Below the pieces are notes generated by a model. It was not told the DNA's origin. It saw only the letters and a list, made by a program, of their open reading frames with translations, and searched no databases. Shown here one piece after another: positions 51,701-57,700 of a DNA stretch of 64,000 bases. The stretch's first letter is position 1. Every line of letters begins with the position of its first letter. The translations under genes were made by a program, and so were the position numbers. Where the stretch lies: positions 832,001 to 896,000 of the forward strand of contig OZ241883.1 of assembly GCA_965203445.1 (NCBI GenBank). Direction: 5' to 3'. This DNA comes from Candidatus Oxydemutator sp. (GTDB lineage: Bacteria; Pseudomonadota; Gammaproteobacteria; Poriferisulfidales; Oxydemutatoraceae).

Positions 51701-54700
51701 ATATGAGCCAACGCCGGAGGCAACTCTCCCTATGTTGATCGCTGCGTAACTGGCGACTATCGTTCCGGCGTTATAACCCACCAGGCCGCCAATTTGGGAT
51801 CTGCCAAAAATGGAAGCTCGAATCGAACCGATTTGAGGTAACTGTTGGGTTGTCAGTTCCCTCATCGCATAACAGGCTGCTATCGTTCCGAAGTTCCGGC
51901 CCGCCAGCGCACCGATGCTATTTCTTCCAGCTACTCTGACGTCAGGCAGCCCCACCCCCACTATCATGCCGCCGCTGCCTACTTGGCCGAACAAGCCAGC
52001 GTCGTCGCCCGCATTCCCCAAGGTATAGTCTGGCCTGCCCTGGTCGTTGCTGTCGGCCAAAAGGTTGATCGCAAGGCTCCTGATAGCGTAACCATTGCCC
52101 TGGAACGTCGCGTTGAACGAATCGTTGCGGTTGCCGATGGGGTTCCAGCCAGAACGCGGACTCACGTCGGAAGACAGTTCATAGCCGAGGCAACGGCCAT
52201 CGCGACACCCCATATCCGCTCGTCCGTCGGGGAAAGCCTCGTGATAACTCACGACAGCGGAACCGACCGGAACGCCGTCGCCGTCCAGATCCCAGCGAAT
52301 AGCGTTCAGCTGACTCTCGTTTCCGACTTCGATGAGATGATCGCCGTCCAGGTCGTAGCTCCTGTTGCGCTCCGATACCGCGATAGTGATCGTCAGAACG
52401 GCCGTATTGCCGTCCTCGTCGGTGACGCTGATGCGATAAGTGTCGGGACCGGATTTTGTCGTCGGCGTGCCTATGATGGTGCCGATTTGCGCCGTGGTGG
52501 GCTGGTCGTGGCGCAGTCCCTGCGACAGCGAGGGCAGATTCGAGTACGTCACCCGGCCGAAACCACCCGACGCCTGCGGCAGATTAAAGGAGACCGGTTC
52601 ACCCACCGTGAAAAGCCTCTGGATAGACGCGGGCGTGAAAAACGGCGGCTGGGGTCGCCGGATTACAAAGGGAACGAGCAGCGTCGCGCTGTCCGTCTCC
52701 GATCTGTCGGCGTCCTCATCGTGTGCGATAAACTCCAATACGTAGGTGCCCGGATTGTTTCCTATCTGAAAAGTTACACTCCGTAACCGAGGACTGGCAG
52801 GATCAGGTATTTGCAGTTGCAAGGTTTGCAGGAAAGAAGCCGTTTCTTCGGAAACCCCGTAGCTAAGGTTGCCGTCACCGCCCGACGCCCGCGGCAGCTC
52901 AATATAAAGGCCGAACACGAGATCGGGCCTCTGGCCTACTAAGATGGTCCGCGTAGTCTGTCTCGCATCGGCGGCAAACGTCGGATGCACGTTGCCGAGC
53001 ACGTTCGTGCGCGGCCCCCTGGTGACGGTATGCGCGCCAAGATCGAGATTGGCGTCGGCGCCGCCCGTCGCGGAGCGAATGGCGGCTGCGGCGGGCGTCG
53101 TCAGCGCCCGCGCCGATATATCAATGCCGTCATCGTCCCGATCCGGCGTGCGCACGCGGTATTCAAACCGCAGCGAACCATCCGCCTCCAGCCCGGCAAA
53201 GCTCGCGCGCGCGTCGGTGGTGCCGATGGTCAGCGCCAGTTGCGGCGTGCCCGTCACCGCCACCGGCCTGTCGAAGCCGACGTACGCGGTGATGACGTCG
53301 CGCCAGCGAAAAGCACCGCCGGCGCGCGTGGTGCCGTCAAGCCTGACGCTGTTCACCACCGGGGGCAAGGCGATACGGCCATCCACTCTGTGGCGCGTGC
53401 TGTTGACCACGGCGTGGACGCCGAGATCGAGATTCACCGGATTGCCGCTCTCCGACACGACGCTCTCCCCGGCACCCAACTTGATCGCGTCCGCGGCAAT
53501 GGAGAGACCGCCGACGTCGCTCCAGGTGGTCTGTACGACGGCGCGGAAAATCAACAGGGTATTGGTGTCGGTAGTGACCTGAGGGAAGCGCACGCTGGCG
53601 GGGTTCTCCAACCCGACTTCCAGCTCGGGCGAACCGTTGACGGAGATCGGATTGTCAAAGCGCACCTGCGCCTCTATCGTGTCGCCGGCGGTGTAGGTGT
53701 CGGTGCGCCCCTGGCGCCCGCCGAGGGACACGTCAACCACGACCGGCACGACTGTCACCGCCAATTCGAAAGTCAGCGTGTCGGTGTCCCCGTCTTCGTC
53801 GCTTACGGTCAGCACGTAGGTCGTCGTGGAATGCCCCGCGATCGGCGTGCCGCCGATGGCGGTCGGCGCGGTGTGGGTCACTCCCGCCGGCAGCGGCGGG
53901 GATATGCGATAGCTCAGCGCACCGTCGCCGCCCGACGCCTGCGGCAAAAACGTCGGAGGGTTGAACACGTTCAGCGAGAGAGTGAGCGATGGCGCCTCGG
54001 CACCGCCGAACGACGGAAACAAGTCCCGCACCACCGTGACCGCATAGGTCGTCACATACGCCGGGTCCTGCGCCGTCACCTCTGCGGTAATGACGGTTTC
54101 GCCGGCGCCGAGATCAACCTGATGGCCGAGCATCGTCGAATCCGCGTCCGCCGGCTCGATGCGCACGGTGGCGGCGGCGTTCGCTTTCGTTGCCGTCACC
54201 GTCAGGCGCATCAAGCCGCTGGCAACGTTGGCACGGTACCTGGTGACGCCGGAATCAAACGCCGGGGTCAGCGTGCCGTCCGAGACGACCAGCGCCCCCA
54301 GGGTCGCGTCGTCGGACAGTACCGGCGGCGGGGCCGGAGAAAGTGCGTGCGCGCGCAACGTCGGATATTGGCTCGACGTGCCGAAATTCCACGGATCGTC
54401 GGCAACGTCGTCTCCATCCAGGTCCACGTTCCAGTTGGCGTAGATGCCGGTGTAGGTAGTGGGGCCCTGCAACCCGGCGGGGCTTTGGCCCGTTCCCGCG
54501 CAGAAGCTGCCTACCGTGTTTGCGTTGCTCCAGTAGCTGTCGGTTACCGTTCCACCCCACCTCAAAGCCGGATGCGCAACCGTCAAACCACAACTGAAAG
54601 AAGCAAATCCCCCTTCGGGATTACCCGTCGCATAGCTCGCGATTATCGTTCCTCTGTCATTCACGTTGGTGCCGACCAGGCCGCCGACCGATCGGCGGGC

Positions 54701-57700
54701 TTCTACCGATGCCGTCGCATAGCTCGCGATTATCGTCCCCTCATTGCGGCCCACCAGGCCACCCACTTCCGTAAAGGCGTTTGCTATATGGCTATAAACC
54801 GCTTGGGTCTCCACTGTGCCTCTGTTTCCGCTTCTGAACCACGTGCCGCCCGTTGCATAACAAGCTGCAATTGTCCCGTCGTTTCGGCCCGCCAGACCAC
54901 CGACGTAGTTTCTCCCCACTACCAGAACGTTACGCAAACCGAGTCCGACAATCGTGCCGCTGCTGCCGACGTAACCAAACAGACCGACGTAATCGTTATC
55001 GAATCGGTAAATAGACAGCCTGTTATTTGCCGTGCCACCACCCAGGTTGGTACCGCTGATTTCATAGCTGTTGCCGTCGAAGGTGGCGTTGAACGGAGTG
55101 TTGGCATCGCCGATCGGGTCCCACTGAGAACTACCAACGTTCAAGTTGGATCCCAGCTCATACCCGCGACAACCGCTGGAAGGACACCCCATGCCCTGCC
55201 GCCTCGTGGGAAAAGCCGAATCGTAGGAAGCGGCGTTCGTCGGCATGCCGTCGCCGTCCAGATCATGGCGAATGGCGTTCATCTGCGCCACGTTGCGCAC
55301 CTCTATCAGACCATCGTTATCGAGGTCGTAATCGGTACCGCTGGGGCCGGTGCCGGGATCAACGGGCGGCGCCTCGCGCGGCTGCTCGGCGGGGCGGAAA
55401 TTGCGATACTGCAACACCGGATAAAAGCCGTTCGCAATGCTCCACGGGGAGTCGGCGGCGTTGTCGCCGTCCACGTCCGCGCTCTGCCAGGAAGAATACA
55501 GAGAGAGCGCGGAAGACAGCAGATCGGCAGTCGAGGCGGCCAGACCGCCGCCGCCACTGACCGACCAGCCGCTGGTTTGCCGATCCCATCCGCTGTCTAT
55601 CACGCGGGAGCCTCTGAAACTATGACCTACCAGGCCACCGAAGCTACCCGTACCCCCGGGTATGACGGCCCCTCTCGCGTAACTGTAGCGGATCGTGCCG
55701 GCGCTGCGCCCCACCAAGCCGCCGACCCGTCCGACGCCGGTGACCGAAGCGGCCGCGTAACTCGCCACCACGGTGCCGCCGCCGGCCAGCTCACCGACCA
55801 GACCGCCGGCGTCGCGCCCCGAGACCGCGCCGGTCACGTAGCAGGCGCCGATCCGGCCCGCGCTTCGGCCCGCAATACCGCCGACCCGGTGGCCGCGCGA
55901 CGTCACGTCGGCGTTCGCCAGACCGACTCCCAGCACCTCGCCGCCGCCACCGATGCTGCCGAACAGACCGGCGTAGTTATCGGCGCTGTTGATGTACAGG
56001 TTGGATATGACGCGGCCATTGCCGTGGAAAGTGGCGGTGAAGTCGTTATTGAGGCCGCCGATGGGTCGCCAACTGACGCGCCCGGTCGTCGGGAACGACA
56101 AATCCCGGGCCAGTTCGTAGCCGCTGCAACGGCCGCCGCAATCCACCTGCGGATCCAATAACGGGAAACCGGCGCCGTAGGCGGCGGCGTCAGCCCCGGC
56201 GTCGACCCGCCCATTGCCGTTCAAATCCCAGCGGATTGCGTCCAGTTGCCGAACGTCGTTGATCTCGATGAGGCCGTTGCCGTTGGCATCGTAGTCGAGC
56301 ATTCTGACGTCCAAATAAAAAGTCGCCGTCGCGGTGCGGTTCGCGCGGTCCGTCGCCGTGTAGGTATAGGGGCCGTAGATTCCGGCCGCGACGGCGTTGC
56401 CCGGCGCGTCGGCCCGCCCGGAAAGGACACGCGTCGCCGGGTCGAGCGAGAAGTTGCCCGGCAACGACGGCGACACCGTGTAACGCAGCGGCGCGAATCC
56501 GCCCGCGGCCGGCGGCAGCGTCATCTGGAAAGCCACCCGCCGTCGCAGGAAAATATAGCCGGGGGTCGTCGAATGGGCGTTGGAAATCGTCGCCTGCGGG
56601 AACGCCAGCGGCGCCGATGCCCGCGCGAACTGCGCCGAAATCTGCGCGCCCGCGCGCTCGTGCTTCGACGCCGGAAACTGGCTCGCGGTGCCGAAATCCC
56701 ACGGATCGTCGGCGACGCCGTCTCCATCCACGTCCACGTTCCAGGCGGCGTAAATCGCAACGCCGGCGTTGCCGGCGGTGTCGTCGTAACTGGTGGGCGT
56801 CTGCAAGTTGCCGATGGTCCTGGAGGTGCCGCCGTTGCTGTGGGAAAAACCGCTCAATACGGCGTTGTAGTAACTGGCGGCGACCGTGCACCCGCCGGAG
56901 CAGTCTGCATTACGGCCTATCAAGGCGCCGTGCTGCTGAACGTCGCCGGCCGGCCGAGTCGAGCGCACGCGGCCAATCGCGTAGCTGGCGATTACGGCCG
57001 CCGGTGCTCCCTGCGCGCCGACCAGGCCGCCAACCACGCTGCCCGTTACCGAGACCGAGGCATAAGAGGCTACGACGTCTCCTTGCTGCCAGCCCACCAG
57101 ACCACCCGTGCCCCATGCGCCAACCACCTGACCATCCGCAACGTAGCTGGCGGTGATCGTCGAACCCGTATGCATACTGCCCGCCAGGGCGCCGGCGTTA
57201 CTGCCGCCCGACCTTATATTCACGTCGAGCAGGCCGAGCGCCCTGATCACGCCGCCGCTTCTCAACACGCCGAACAAACCGCGATCACTACGCGCGGCGT
57301 CGCCGCTGTCAATGAACAAATGGGAGATGGTGTGCCCGTTGCCGTCGAAGACCGCGGCGAAATTGATGGGTTGCCAACCCGCGCCTCCGTTCCAATAGGC
57401 GCCGTTGGAATCGGCCGCCGTTATCTCGCCGTCGCCATCGGTGTCGAAGTCCAGGTCGGCCAGCAATTCGTAGCCCTCGCAGACGGGCCAGCAGTCGGTG
57501 CTCGGAAAAGCGAGGACGTAGGCGGAGGTGTTGGCCTCGGGCACGCCGTCGCCGTTCTCGTCCCAGCGCATCGCGTGCAACTGCTCGAGCGTTCGCACTT
57601 CTATCAATCGCGAGTGCGAACCTTCGAGTATTGTCACCGTAAGCCGGTCCGGGTTTATCGTCACCCTCTCGGGAGCAGGCGCCCCCGCAACAAAACCCAA

